From assembly GCA_963803435.1 (NCBI GenBank), contig CAWDML010000009.1, positions 256,001 through 320,000 of the forward strand: a stretch of 64,000 bases of DNA. The letters run 5' to 3'. How positions within the stretch are numbered: the first letter of the stretch is position 1; each line of letters begins with the position of its first letter. The notes under the pieces are model-generated. The model had not been told where the DNA came from. It saw nothing but the letters and a program-made list of their open reading frames with translations, and ran no database searches. The stretch is from an uncultured delta proteobacterium. GTDB lineage: Bacteria > Myxococcota > Kuafuiibacteriia > Kuafuiibacteriales > Kuafuiibacteriaceae. Both the position numbers and the translations under genes were made by a program. Below are positions 7,439 through 17,237 of the stretch, piece after piece.

Positions 7439-10232
7439 GGACTCTCCTCTTCTCCTCCTGGGTCGCCTGACGCGGCAGTTCGACACGAACCTTCGAGCCG
7501 GCGCCGGGGCCGCTGAACACGCGGACGTTGCCGCCGTGAGCCTCGACGAGCTCGCGTACGACCCAGAGGCCGAGCCCCAGGCCACCGAAGTTCTGGACCG
7601 GGACGCGGCGTTCGAAGCGTTCGAAGATGCGGGCGTGGTCAGCGGGCGATATGCCCATGCCGAGGTCGCGAACGGTGAGGTTCGCAACCTCGGGCTCGGT
7701 CGCGACCGTGACCTCGATCGGCCGGCCCGCGCCATACTTGATCGCGTTCGACATCAGCTGCTCGATGACCCGGCGCAGGCGCGCCGAGTCCCACCGCCCC
7801 AACACCGGGACCGGCGCGAAGAGCGTGATGTCGCATCCGGCTTTCTCGAGCGCCGGGCGGAGGCGCTCGACGACGGTGGCCGCCAGATCGCTGAGATCGA
7901 CGTCGGACCGCTCGAGGTCGACGCGCGCGACGGTCAGCTCGGAGACATCGAGAAGCGTCTCGACGAACTGCTCGAGGCGCAGCGCCGCCCGGTCGATCGC
8001 CTCGATCCGGACGAGAAGGTCCGGACGGGAGATGGGCCGTTCGCTGTGCAGTGCGCGGAGCAGGCCGCCGGTCTGGATGCGGAGCGGTGTCAGCGGCGTC
8101 TTGAGCTCGTGCGCCGCCAGCGAGAGGAAGTCGTCGCGGGCGCGGATCGAGCGCTGCGCGTCGCGGTACAGGTTGGCGTTATCGATCGCGAGCGACGCGA
8201 GCCGGCTGTAGTCGTTGGCCGTGGTCCGTTCGATCTCGTCCGTCGGTCGCTCCTGCTGCTCGCGGAGGAAGGCGATCGCGCCGAAGGCCCGTCCCCGCGC
8301 CCGGAGGGGTACGTACAGCGCGGAGCGCGCCCCGAGCGCCTCGGCGACGCGGGGATCGAGCTCGCCCGAGGGGTCGCCGATGGGCGACTTCGGCAGCAGC
8401 GCCGTCCCCTCCTCGAGCGCTCGTCTCGAGATCGCCTCTCGGGCGGGATCTCGATGGGCCGTCGCCGTCCGCCGGTCCCAGTCCTCCGTACCGAAGATCT
8501 CGATCAGGCAGCTGTCGGCCAGGTACGGGACCGCAAAGTGGGCGACCGTGTCGAGGACGGCGTCGAGCTCGAACGCAGCCGCGAGCTGAACGCTGGCCTC
8601 CGCCAGGAAGCGATCGCGTTCCTCGACCCGCGTGTGCTCGGTGACGTCCCGGACGGTCCCGACGAACCGGAGCGGCCGTCCGTCGTCGTCGCGGAAGACG
8701 GTGGCGCGCTCATGGACGATCCGCACCGCGCCGTCGCCGCGGACGATTCGATGGACGACATCGTACGTGCGGCCCAGCTCCACGGCCGCTCGGCTGGCGG
8801 CCCGTACCCGCTCGCGGTCGTCGGGGTGGACCATATCGAAGAACCGCGCCACGGAGATCGGCTGGCCCGGCGGGACGTCGAACATTCGATAGGTCTCGGG
8901 CGACCACTCGATCGAATCGCCGTCGGAGAAACCGGACACCCAGCTGCCCACGTGCGCGACGGCCTGCGCCTCCTGGAGCAGCGCTTCGCTCCGGTGGATC
9001 TGGTCCTCCGCGAATCGGCGCTCGCTGATGTCGCGGATGCATGCGGTCAAGGAGAAGGAGTCCGGTCCGAAGATCGGAACGATGGAGATCTCGATGGGGA
9101 ACTCGCGGCCGTCCTTCCGCAGCGCGGTCAGCTCGACCCTGCGATTGAGGACCTCGCTCTGGCCCGACGACAGGAGCCGGGCGAGACCCTCGCGGCATCG
9201 GGCCCGGAGATGGACCGGGACGAGGAGCTCGAGGGCGCTGCGTCCCAGGACCTCGGAGCGCGCGTAGCCGAACGTGCGCTCGGCCGACGCGTTGAAGTCG
9301 ATGATGTCTCCCGCCGTATCGATCGAGACCACGCAATCGATGGACGAGTCGATGATCGCCGCCGACCGCGCGGCGTTCTCCTCGAGCGCTTGCACCCAGC
9401 GGCGCCCCCGCAGCACCTCGCCGATGCGGGCGCCGATTCCCGGGAGCGCGGCGAGCAGCTCGGGCGCTGCGGGGACGCTCCGGTGCGCCAGCAGCTCGAC
9501 GATGCCGAGGAGCGACTCGTCGACCACGATCGGGAAGCCGAGCGCGGTGTGCAGGCCGTCCTGGACGGCGGCACGGGAGCGCGCCCCGGCCGTCGGCGAG
9601 ATGACCTCCGTCACCGGCATGAGGGAGGCCCAGACGCGACCGGGAAGCTCGAGCCCCGGCCGCAACACCGTCTCACGCGTGATCCGTTCGAACGGGGACT
9701 CGGGGCGCTCGGGCGAAGGCCCCGCACCCGGCTCCGCTCCCCCGTCCGACCTCCGCCAGGTGAGGCGGGCGCGGAGCAGGCCGAGGTCGACGGGGACCCA
9801 GAAGGCGCCCGCGTCCCAGCCGAGGTGCTCTCCGACGACGGCCGTGAGGGTGTCGGTGGGATCGATCTCGGACGGGGTCGATGCGATCAGCGTGTCCACC
9901 GCGCGCTCGAGCGCCGCGACTTGCGCGCGGCCGCGGTGATCGAGCGTGTGCCGCACCCGCGCGCTCAGGCATCCGAGGTCTCCGATCGTCACGGGGAGCA
10001 CCGGCGTATGCGGGGCCCGGTCGGCGGCCACCTCGAGCACCTCGGCGGTGGCGTCATCCGCGAGCGCCCTGTCCAGCAGGATGACGTCGAAGGCCGCCCG
10101 CGCCACGGCGTTCAGGAGCGCCTCCGGGGTCTCGGACTGGCACCAGCCGGCGGCGAACCCGCCGCGCGTGAGCTCGCGATCGATCGGCAACCGTGAGCTG
10201 GTGCCCGCGAAGAGAACCTCGATCGAGGTCAT
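7425..10232 (-). CDS. PAS/GAF sensor histidine kinase with degenerate N-terminal receiver
   Basis: Two PAS domains, GAF-like regions, AHELKTPLT H-box, NAIKY, DLGMG, GLGLGLW. Confidence 0.92.
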   Translation of the reverse strand: MTSIEVLFAGTSSRLPIDRELTRGGFAAGWCQSETPEALLNAVARAAFDVILLDRALADDATAEVLEVAADRAPHTPVLPVTIGDLGCLSARVRHTLDHRGRAQVAALERAVDTLIASTPSEIDPTDTLTAVVGEHLGWDAGAFWVPVDLGLLRARLTWRRSDGGAEPGAGPSPERPESPFERITRETVLRPGLELPGRVWASLMPVTEVISPTAGARSRAAVQDGLHTALGFPIVVDESLLGIVELLAHRSVPAAPELLAALPGIGARIGEVLRGRRWVQALEENAARSAAIIDSSIDCVVSIDTAGDIIDFNASAERTFGYARSEVLGRSALELLVPVHLRARCREGLARLLSSGQSEVLNRRVELTALRKDGREFPIEISIVPIFGPDSFSLTACIRDISERRFAEDQIHRSEALLQEAQAVAHVGSWVSGFSDGDSIEWSPETYRMFDVPPGQPISVARFFDMVHPDDRERVRAASRAAVELGRTYDVVHRIVRGDGAVRIVHERATVFRDDDGRPLRFVGTVRDVTEHTRVEERDRFLAEASVQLAAAFELDAVLDTVAHFAVPYLADSCLIEIFGTEDWDRRTATAHRDPAREAISRRALEEGTALLPKSPIGDPSGELDPRVAEALGARSALYVPLRARGRAFGAIAFLREQQERPTDEIERTTANDYSRLASLAIDNANLYRDAQRSIRARDDFLSLAAHELKTPLTPLRIQTGGLLRALHSERPISRPDLLVRIEAIDRAALRLEQFVETLLDVSELTVARVDLERSDVDLSDLAATVVERLRPALEKAGCDITLFAPVPVLGRWDSARLRRVIEQLMSNAIKYGAGRPIEVTVATEPEVANLTVRDLGMGISPADHARIFERFERRVPVQNFGGLGLGLWVVRELVEAHGGNVRVFSGPGAGSKVRVELPRQATQEEKRRVHETE

Positions 10233-10298
10233 GCTCACGCAGGTATGCATTCGCCCGGCCACCCCGCGGGCGCAAACGATGAACGACGGGCGTGCAGG

Positions 10299-12407
10299 CT
10301 ACTTCGGTGCGCCTGCCGCCTTCTTCGCGAGGAGCGCCGCGACGACCTGCTCCGCAATGTCCCGCCCGTTGAAGAACGCACCGTTGACGGTGGCTGCCCA
10401 GGCACCCCCACACGCTTCGCCGGCCGTGAACACCGTGTCGTCGATCGCGGCGGCGTAGTCCTTGCGGTCGTCGTCGCGGCTGCCGACCTTCTCGACGGCC
10501 CAGGTGCCGCCCACGTCCGGATCGACCGTCCATCCGGTCCGTTCACCCCCGAGGAAGGCTTCGGATAGGGGAGCACCATAGTGCTGCGTCACCACGGAGA
10601 GGGCGTACGCGAACGCCTCCTTCTCCGGCTTGTCCAGCAGCTCCTGCGCGACCTCGCCCCCCGTCATGACCACGGCCACGTCCTGGCCGAACGGCTTCAT
10701 GAGGAGCTCGAAGGGGCGTCCCTCGTCGTCGAAGCCGCACGCGCGCTCGAACGGCTTCACCTCGTTCAGCGCGCCCGGCGCGAAACGCAGCCCGATCTTC
10801 TCGAAGCTCGCCATCTGCAGTTGCTCGATCGCGTCGACCTTCCAGGCGGGGAGCGGCGGATCGAAGACCACCCGCTCGCGGAGCGCCTTCGGCGACATCG
10901 TGAGGACGATCTTCTTGGCGCGGAAGGTCCGCCCGTTCGACTCCACCTCGACGCCGTCCTTCGACCAGGAGACCTTGGTGATCGGCGACTCGAGCTCGAT
11001 CGGGAGACCGTACGAGAACGCGTGCACGATGTTGCCGAGGCCGCCCTCGACCAGGCGATCGTCCTTCTCCTCGACGATGCTCTGGAACTCGCCGACCGAG
11101 AACTGATCGAGCTCGAGCGCGATCTCGAGGGGCCCGAGGACCTCGGCGGCCAGGTCGTCGAGCCGGTGCTGGGGCGCGGAGAGAAGCGAGGCGCGCGCGT
11201 CCGGCCGCTTCCGCGCGCCGATCTGCCAGCGCTTGCTGACCTCCTCCATTCGCTCCTTCAGCAGGGCGGCGTCCTCCACCGGGTCGCCGCCGACGAACAC
11301 CTTCTGGAACTTCTCGGTGGAGTAGGTCTCGAACCCGAGCGCCTGCACCAGCGGGAGGAACGGATTCTTGGCGGACTCGTGGATCCAGGCGCACCCGTGA
11401 TCGAAGGGCACGCCGAACGCGTAGTCGGTGTGGGCACGACCGCCGTCGCGGCTCTTCGCCTCCAGCACCGTGACGCTCCGTCCGGCGTCCAAGAGCGCGT
11501 TGGCCGCGCCGATCCCGGCGGCTCCGGCGCCGATCACCAGCACGTCGACGTCCTCGTGCCGGCGGGCCTCGAGGAGACGGGCGATCTCGACGGCGGGCAT
11601 CTCTCCACCCTCCGCGCGGGCCTTCTCAGCGGCGGGCAGGCGATCCAGCTCGGCGGTGCGGCCGTCGCGGAGCAGCTCGGCCCGCAGATCGGCGCTCGCC
11701 ATCGGGTGCGGGCTCTTGGCCCAGGCGCTCACGGACTCGGCGCGGGCGGTGAACAGCTCGAGCGGGGGTGCCCCTTCGGCGCGAAGGCGGGTGAGCAGCG
11801 GCCGCGGGAGCTCGGTGAGGAGCGCGTCGAGCTCGGCCTCGAGGCCCAGCGCGCGCATGCGCGTCTGCAGCGCGGCGTAGCGGACGGGCTTGGCGTAGTC
11901 GGCGCCGAAGATGCCCTTGGCGGCGAGCCGGTAGAACGCCGCCCAAGAGAGCTGGCCTTCGTCGATCTGCGCGCGCTGTCGAGCGGAGGCGCACTCGCGC
12001 GCGATCGCGTGGAGGCGATCGACGCCCGCCCCGGCGCGCACGCGCGCCTCCCCGAGATCGAAGGGCTGGCGCTCCGCGTCGATCGAGTGCGGGGAACGAG
12101 CGCCGTGAACCTCGCGGACGGCCCGGAGCCAGGTCGGCTCGTTCCGGCGCGACCTCCGCGCGTCACTGCGAGGGGCGGCATGAACGTTCGAGGGCGACGA
12201 CGTGAGGGGCGGGTTGGGGTCGAGCGTCTTCCGCCTCGACGGGCCCACCGCCTCGCGGGGGGCAGGCAGCCGCCCCCATCGGACGCCCGATTTGTGGGTG
12301 GGCTCGACCACGCTTCGAGGTGTGTTTCGGCGGCCACGGCGAAACAGTGCGATCGAATCGGGCTCAGGCCAGCCGACCGGGTAAGCCCTAGCAACGGCAG
12401 TCCACAC
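10299..12407 (-). CDS. Flavin amine oxidase-family FAD oxidoreductase with long N-terminal extension (true start uncertain, probably downstream of 12407)
   Basis: VIGAGAAG, LEAKSRDGGRAHT, FDHGCAWIH, FTAGEA..ATVNGA. Confidence 0.85.
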   Translation of the reverse strand: MWTAVARAYPVGWPEPDSIALFRRGRRNTPRSVVEPTHKSGVRWGRLPAPREAVGPSRRKTLDPNPPLTSSPSNVHAAPRSDARRSRRNEPTWLRAVREVHGARSPHSIDAERQPFDLGEARVRAGAGVDRLHAIARECASARQRAQIDEGQLSWAAFYRLAAKGIFGADYAKPVRYAALQTRMRALGLEAELDALLTELPRPLLTRLRAEGAPPLELFTARAESVSAWAKSPHPMASADLRAELLRDGRTAELDRLPAAEKARAEGGEMPAVEIARLLEARRHEDVDVLVIGAGAAGIGAANALLDAGRSVTVLEAKSRDGGRAHTDYAFGVPFDHGCAWIHESAKNPFLPLVQALGFETYSTEKFQKVFVGGDPVEDAALLKERMEEVSKRWQIGARKRPDARASLLSAPQHRLDDLAAEVLGPLEIALELDQFSVGEFQSIVEEKDDRLVEGGLGNIVHAFSYGLPIELESPITKVSWSKDGVEVESNGRTFRAKKIVLTMSPKALRERVVFDPPLPAWKVDAIEQLQMASFEKIGLRFAPGALNEVKPFERACGFDDEGRPFELLMKPFGQDVAVVMTGGEVAQELLDKPEKEAFAYALSVVTQHYGAPLSEAFLGGERTGWTVDPDVGGTWAVEKVGSRDDDRKDYAAAIDDTVFTAGEACGGAWAATVNGAFFNGRDIAEQVVAALLAKKAAGAPK

Positions 12408-12417
12408 CGGTCGATAA
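12391..12417 (+). promoter_or_regulatory. Candidate sigma-28-type promoter GCAA-N15-GTCGATAA
   Basis: 7/8 match to GCCGATAA, 10 nt before the start at 12428; same spacing and GCA- element as the 3131-3157 site. Confidence 0.45.
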
Positions 12418-12427
12418 TGAAAAGCGC

Positions 12428-14410
12428 TTGCGTCTTAAGCCCTTACATCAGGCCGCGTTCCGGCGGTCGGCGCCCACCGTGCTCGATCGGCTCGTGGACC
12501 TTCGGGATCAGAGCCGCTTCGCGCTCCACGAGCTGACCATGCACTGCCGCGACCGCGGCCATGAGATCGCGAACGAGGTCCGGCCGCTGCTCGTTCGGTC
12601 CGGTCTGATGGAGCGCGACGGGACGGTCGGAGAGGCGGTGCGGGTCGGGGTCCTGGCGAAGGTGGTCGGGCACGGGCTCGCCATGGAGATCGCGGGCGCC
12701 GGCAGGTCGAGCAAGACGCCGGACGACGACTTCGGCGAGCGGGTCCGGACGCTGGTCGAGCGCGGCGATCGCGGGAGGGCGGCGGGCGAGCTCCTGGCGA
12801 TGGCCGAGACCATGGCGTCCTCGGGTCACGTCTTCGACGCGCGGGAGATGGCGCGGTTCGCCGCGGCGGCCAACACGCTGACCGATCGACACGGACGGAT
12901 CACGCCGGAGCTCCAGAGCGTGGTGGGCGCGATGGAGCAGCACCTGTCACCGAGCTTCAGCCGGCGCGCGGCGCCGCTGTTCCAGGATCTCGTCGCCGAG
13001 ACCGGCGGTCGGCTCGAGAAGATCGCGATGCCGCAGCGTCGGGTCCCCTACTGGCTGAAGGGACCGAACCCGCTGGCGAACCATCAGTCTCGCCCCGCGC
13101 TGCCCAAGGAGGCCGACGTCGTGATCATCGGCGCCGGGCTCACCGGCGGATTGGCCGCCTATCACCTGTCCCGAACTGCGGAGAGGAAGGGCCTCTCGGT
13201 GGTCGTGCTCGACGCCGGCGATCCCGCGGGTGAGGCCTCCGGGCGGAACGGCGGGAACTTCGAGCTCATCCCGGAGAACTTCTTCGGCGACTACGGAACC
13301 TACGACGGCCTGATCCAGGAGCGCTTCAAGTTCTTGAAGCGCTCCTATCCCGACCAGCCGGCCGAGGTCCTGATGCGGCACGCGAAGAAGACTGCGGAGT
13401 CCATCGTGGCCGTCGCGGTGGCGAACATGAAGCGGATGAAGAAGACGATCGAGCGCGAGAAGATCGACTGCGACTTCTCACCGGTCGGCTGGATCCGCAC
13501 CTCGCTCAACGAGCGTGAGGCCCGCGCCGCCGAGGCGGACATCGAGCTGGTGCGGCGGCTCGGCGGCAAGGTCGAGGTGATCGACGACGCCACCATGCGC
13601 GCCAAGCACAACTTTGCCGCGCCGCACGGCGCCCGCCTGGTGCCGGAGAACGGCAACTACCACCCGTTCAAGTTCGTCATCGGTGAGCTCCAGAAGGCGC
13701 TCGCGCGCGGCGTCGAGCTGTACGCGCGGACCCCGGTGAAGAGCGTCGTCTCGAAGAAGGCCGACCTGCACCTGGTGAAGACCGACCGCGGGACCATCCG
13801 CGCCAAGAAGGTGATCGTGGCGACCAACGCGTTCACGTCGGAGCTGTTCCCCGAGCTCGGCGACATCCGTCCGTTCCGGAGCCAGCTCGCCAGCTACAAC
13901 CACCTCCGCGATGACACGCACGGCCGCAGCATCACCGCCAAGGACGGCGACATCTACTTCAACTTCCCCGGCGAGGATTGCTATGTCGACGACGAGGGCG
14001 TGGCGCGCGGGACGATGAACGTGGGTAACGACACCGATACCGAGGTCCCGAGCCCGCACGACGTCCAGCCCAGCCGGTCGGTGTTCCTCGGCTCCAAGGA
14101 CGAGATTGCCTCGTACCTGCCCGAGACCGATCACCGCCCCCCGATCCGCGCCTGGTCCGGGTCGATGGCGTTCGTCGAGGGCGACCACGGCATGCGCATG
14201 CCGGTGCTGGGTCCGCTCGGCCAGGGCCCCCGCGAGGGAGTGTTCGTGGCCGTCTGGTGTAACGGCTACGGCGGCACCGGCTGCCATCAGGCCGGGGCGG
14301 GCGCCGCGGCGTGGGCGCTCACGGGGCGCGTCCCGAAGGACATCCCGCAGGACGTGTTCGGCCCGCAGCGGCTCTTCGAGGCCGCGCCTCAGTTCGACAC
14401 GACGGTGTGA
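12428..14410 (+). CDS. DAO/PuuB-like FAD-dependent oxidoreductase with ~200-aa N-terminal extension
   Basis: VVIIGAGLTG, ASGRNGG, VIVATNAF, CNGYG. Confidence 0.88.
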   Translation: MRLKPLHQAAFRRSAPTVLDRLVDLRDQSRFALHELTMHCRDRGHEIANEVRPLLVRSGLMERDGTVGEAVRVGVLAKVVGHGLAMEIAGAGRSSKTPDDDFGERVRTLVERGDRGRAAGELLAMAETMASSGHVFDAREMARFAAAANTLTDRHGRITPELQSVVGAMEQHLSPSFSRRAAPLFQDLVAETGGRLEKIAMPQRRVPYWLKGPNPLANHQSRPALPKEADVVIIGAGLTGGLAAYHLSRTAERKGLSVVVLDAGDPAGEASGRNGGNFELIPENFFGDYGTYDGLIQERFKFLKRSYPDQPAEVLMRHAKKTAESIVAVAVANMKRMKKTIEREKIDCDFSPVGWIRTSLNEREARAAEADIELVRRLGGKVEVIDDATMRAKHNFAAPHGARLVPENGNYHPFKFVIGELQKALARGVELYARTPVKSVVSKKADLHLVKTDRGTIRAKKVIVATNAFTSELFPELGDIRPFRSQLASYNHLRDDTHGRSITAKDGDIYFNFPGEDCYVDDEGVARGTMNVGNDTDTEVPSPHDVQPSRSVFLGSKDEIASYLPETDHRPPIRAWSGSMAFVEGDHGMRMPVLGPLGQGPREGVFVAVWCNGYGGTGCHQAGAGAAAWALTGRVPKDIPQDVFGPQRLFEAAPQFDTTV

Positions 14411-14416
14411 GCCCGC

Positions 14417-15655
14417 TCAGGGGACGATGGCGTTCTCGCGGTTGAAGGTCACGAACGTGAGCGCGTCGGGGTACACCGGGAAGACGTTGCCCGCGAAGGC
14501 CTGGGTGCAGGTCTCGTTGGTCGTGACGCCGACGGCGGCCTTCACGTCGAGAGCCATCGAGCTGGAGGCGGTCATCTCGCTGAAGCCGACGCCGACCCAC
14601 TGGCCGATGCGCGAGGTGAACAGCGCGCTCCGATCGAGCTCGTAGGCCGGGCCCGGGTAGACGTCGAAGATCGGGGTCGGGGTCATGCCGAGCGTCGCGT
14701 TCGTCATCGGGATGCCGCCGCCCGACGAGCAGTCCCGCGCCTCCAGCGCGGCGTAGCCGGAGCCGAAGCCATCGTCGAGGTTCGCTGAGCCCGGGATGGG
14801 GGCACCGGCGGTGGAGATGGCGGCCTGGAGCACGGAGCGATGGAAGATCGGGAACGTGTAGCGGATGTCCGGCGTGCGAGCCTCGTTGATGCCGCAGGCG
14901 GGGACGTCGGGCGTCTCGTCGTTTCGGCGGACGAACTGCCAGTAGTAGGTGTCGACCCATGCGGGCGTCGAGGTCTGGGTGCTGCGAATGCGGAGCACGT
15001 AGGGGGTCTCGGCCTTGAGCGTCTGGGCACCGGCACCGTCTCCGCCGGTGAACCCGAGCTCGAGCTGATAGCCGCTGGTGCACTGCGGGTCGGCCGTCGA
15101 CTGGAGGATGTAGCCGATCGGGACCCGGTCCGCCGGATCGTGGTCGACGCCGGTGGTCCGGTCGTAGGTGGGATCCGGGCTGACCGGGGTCATGGTGGTC
15201 AGGTCGAAGAGCGGGAAGACCGCGACCTCGATCTGCTGCACCTCCTCGGCCGTGGGCGTGTACCCGAGGAAGTCGACGCACTCGACCAGGCAGTAGTCGT
15301 CCGCGAAGGTCGGGGGCGGGGTGTGCCGGCAGGACAGGACGGCGTCGGCGCCGCTCTCCGTGATCGGGAAGGTGGTGGCCTCGTCCACGCGGATGGGCGT
15401 GCCGGTGACGTCGATGGTGTCGTTGACCAGGCACAGATTGACGCCGGCGTCCTCGTTCGCGCCGGTGTCCGTGACCCCGGTGTCGACGAAGCCGAGGTCG
15501 TTCACGCCGCTGTCGGCCCCCGTGTCCTTGGCCCCGGTGTCCGGCGCCGCGTCGGTTCCACCGTCATCGTCGCCTTTGCAAGCGCCGAGCGTCGCGCTCG
15601 CCGAGAGCGCGGCGATCAAGAGCAGTGAGCGGGGAGACAGGCACTTGGGCGTCAT
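14417..15655 (-). CDS. Cys-rich hypothetical lipoprotein
   Basis: Lipobox LGAC followed by acidic DTG/DSG/DAG repeat linker. Confidence 0.75.
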   Translation of the reverse strand: MTPKCLSPRSLLLIAALSASATLGACKGDDDGGTDAAPDTGAKDTGADSGVNDLGFVDTGVTDTGANEDAGVNLCLVNDTIDVTGTPIRVDEATTFPITESGADAVLSCRHTPPPTFADDYCLVECVDFLGYTPTAEEVQQIEVAVFPLFDLTTMTPVSPDPTYDRTTGVDHDPADRVPIGYILQSTADPQCTSGYQLELGFTGGDGAGAQTLKAETPYVLRIRSTQTSTPAWVDTYYWQFVRRNDETPDVPACGINEARTPDIRYTFPIFHRSVLQAAISTAGAPIPGSANLDDGFGSGYAALEARDCSSGGGIPMTNATLGMTPTPIFDVYPGPAYELDRSALFTSRIGQWVGVGFSEMTASSSMALDVKAAVGVTTNETCTQAFAGNVFPVYPDALTFVTFNRENAIVP

Positions 15656-15761
15656 GAGCGGGGCCGGAGCATAGGCAGCCGGCGCTCCCGGCTGCAACGG
15701 TAAATCAGCCCGCGGGGCCCGATTGCGAGACGCCTGGCCTCCGAATAGCTTTCATCTGCCG

Positions 15762-17237
15762 ATGGAGGTGCTGCCCGAGACGCCGAATCGGCTGGCGACC
15801 GTCGCCGTCCTGTTCTCGGTCGCGTTCTTCCTCGCGTGGACCGCGGCGCCTCCCGTTCCGCCCGATACCTTCCCGATCCTCGATCTCACGACCGCCCTCG
15901 CGATCGCCGCCAGCGCGATCGTGTTCTGGCTGGCCCGCCGCCACCGCAATCGACCGCAGCTGCTCCAGGACACGGCGATGCTCTACGAGATCCTCGCCTG
16001 CCTCGCCATCGCGCTCTCGGAGCACTGGCAACCCTGGCCGGACGCTCTACCGGTTCGCGGCATCTCCTGGCTCGCTTTGGTCGTGATCTCGTTCCCACTG
16101 GCGGTACCGGTCCCTCCGAGGAGCGCGCTGATCACGGCGCTGGTGGGGGCGAGCATGGGTCCGCTCGCGCTCGCGGCCACCACGCTCCGGGGCAACCCGT
16201 TGCCCTCTCTGCCGACCTTCGGGGCTCTCATGCTCCCCACGTACCTGGCCGCCGGCATCGCCTATGTGCTCTCCGGCGCGCTCCACCGGCTCGGGAGCGA
16301 CATCGTCAAGGCGCGCCGGCTCGGCAACTACGAGCTGATCCGCGAGCTCGGCAAGGGCGGGATGGGAGAGGTCTGGCTGGCGAAGCACCGCCTGCTCAAG
16401 CGGCCGGCGGCCGTGAAGTTCGTGCGCGCCGACATGCTGGCCGAGACGACCGGCGAGGACGCGCACACGATCTTCCGTCGCTTCGATCGCGAGGCGCAGA
16501 CCACGGCGGCGCTCAGCTCGCCGCACACCGTGTCGATGTTCGACTACGGCCTCGCGGACGACGGATTGTTCTACTACGTCATGGAGCTGCTCGACGGCGT
16601 CGATCTGGAGACGCTGGTGGGCCGGTTCGGCCCGCTCCCCGCCGAGCGTGCGATCCACGTCCTGGTCCAGGCCTGCTCGTCGCTGGCCGAGGCGCACCGG
16701 CGCGGGCTCATCCATCGCGACGTCAAGCCGGCGAACATCTACGTGTGCCGGCTCGGGGTCGAGCACGACTTCGTCAAGGTGCTCGACTTCGGTCTGGTGA
16801 TCAGCGGCGCGGGCGCCGATCGACAGCTCACCCGCCTCACGCACGACGGTCTCACCAGCGGAACGCCGGCGTACATGGCGCCGGAGATCGCCACCGGCAG
16901 CGTGATCGCGGACGGCCGCGCCGACCTCTACGGCCTCGGGTGCGTGGGCTACTTCCTGTTGACCGGCCGCATGGTGTTCGAGTCCGCCTCCCAGATGCGC
17001 GTGCTCGCGGACCATGTGGAGACCCAGCCCATGCCTCCCTCCCAGCGGACGGAGCTCCCGATCCCGGAGGATCTCGAAGCGACCATCCTGGCGTGCCTCG
17101 AAAAGAACCCCGAGCGCCGGCCGCAGACCGCGGAGGCGCTCTCGCGACGCCTCCTCGCGTGCGGGCTCGCCGGCGCCTGGAGCCGCGAGCGCGCCGAGCG
17201 GTGGTGGCAGACCAACATGCCGAGCCCCACGACATGA
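15762..17237 (+). CDS. Membrane-anchored Ser/Thr protein kinase
   Basis: N-terminal TM helices; GKGGMG, AVK, HRDVKPAN, DFG, GTPAYMAPE. Confidence 0.93.
   Translation: MEVLPETPNRLATVAVLFSVAFFLAWTAAPPVPPDTFPILDLTTALAIAASAIVFWLARRHRNRPQLLQDTAMLYEILACLAIALSEHWQPWPDALPVRGISWLALVVISFPLAVPVPPRSALITALVGASMGPLALAATTLRGNPLPSLPTFGALMLPTYLAAGIAYVLSGALHRLGSDIVKARRLGNYELIRELGKGGMGEVWLAKHRLLKRPAAVKFVRADMLAETTGEDAHTIFRRFDREAQTTAALSSPHTVSMFDYGLADDGLFYYVMELLDGVDLETLVGRFGPLPAERAIHVLVQACSSLAEAHRRGLIHRDVKPANIYVCRLGVEHDFVKVLDFGLVISGAGADRQLTRLTHDGLTSGTPAYMAPEIATGSVIADGRADLYGLGCVGYFLLTGRMVFESASQMRVLADHVETQPMPPSQRTELPIPEDLEATILACLEKNPERRPQTAEALSRRLLACGLAGAWSRERAERWWQTNMPSPTT

Noticed and set aside
7296-10196. 966-aa plus-strand ORF, and similar long antisense ORFs such as 36711..39785, 43703..46204 and 46679..49294
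   Set aside because: Shadow frames of motif-bearing genes on the other strand, expected at high GC
12276-12302. Possible third sigma-28-like box (TCCGATGG) for the minus-strand oxidase
   Set aside because: Weak -10 match and no GCA element at 15-nt spacing
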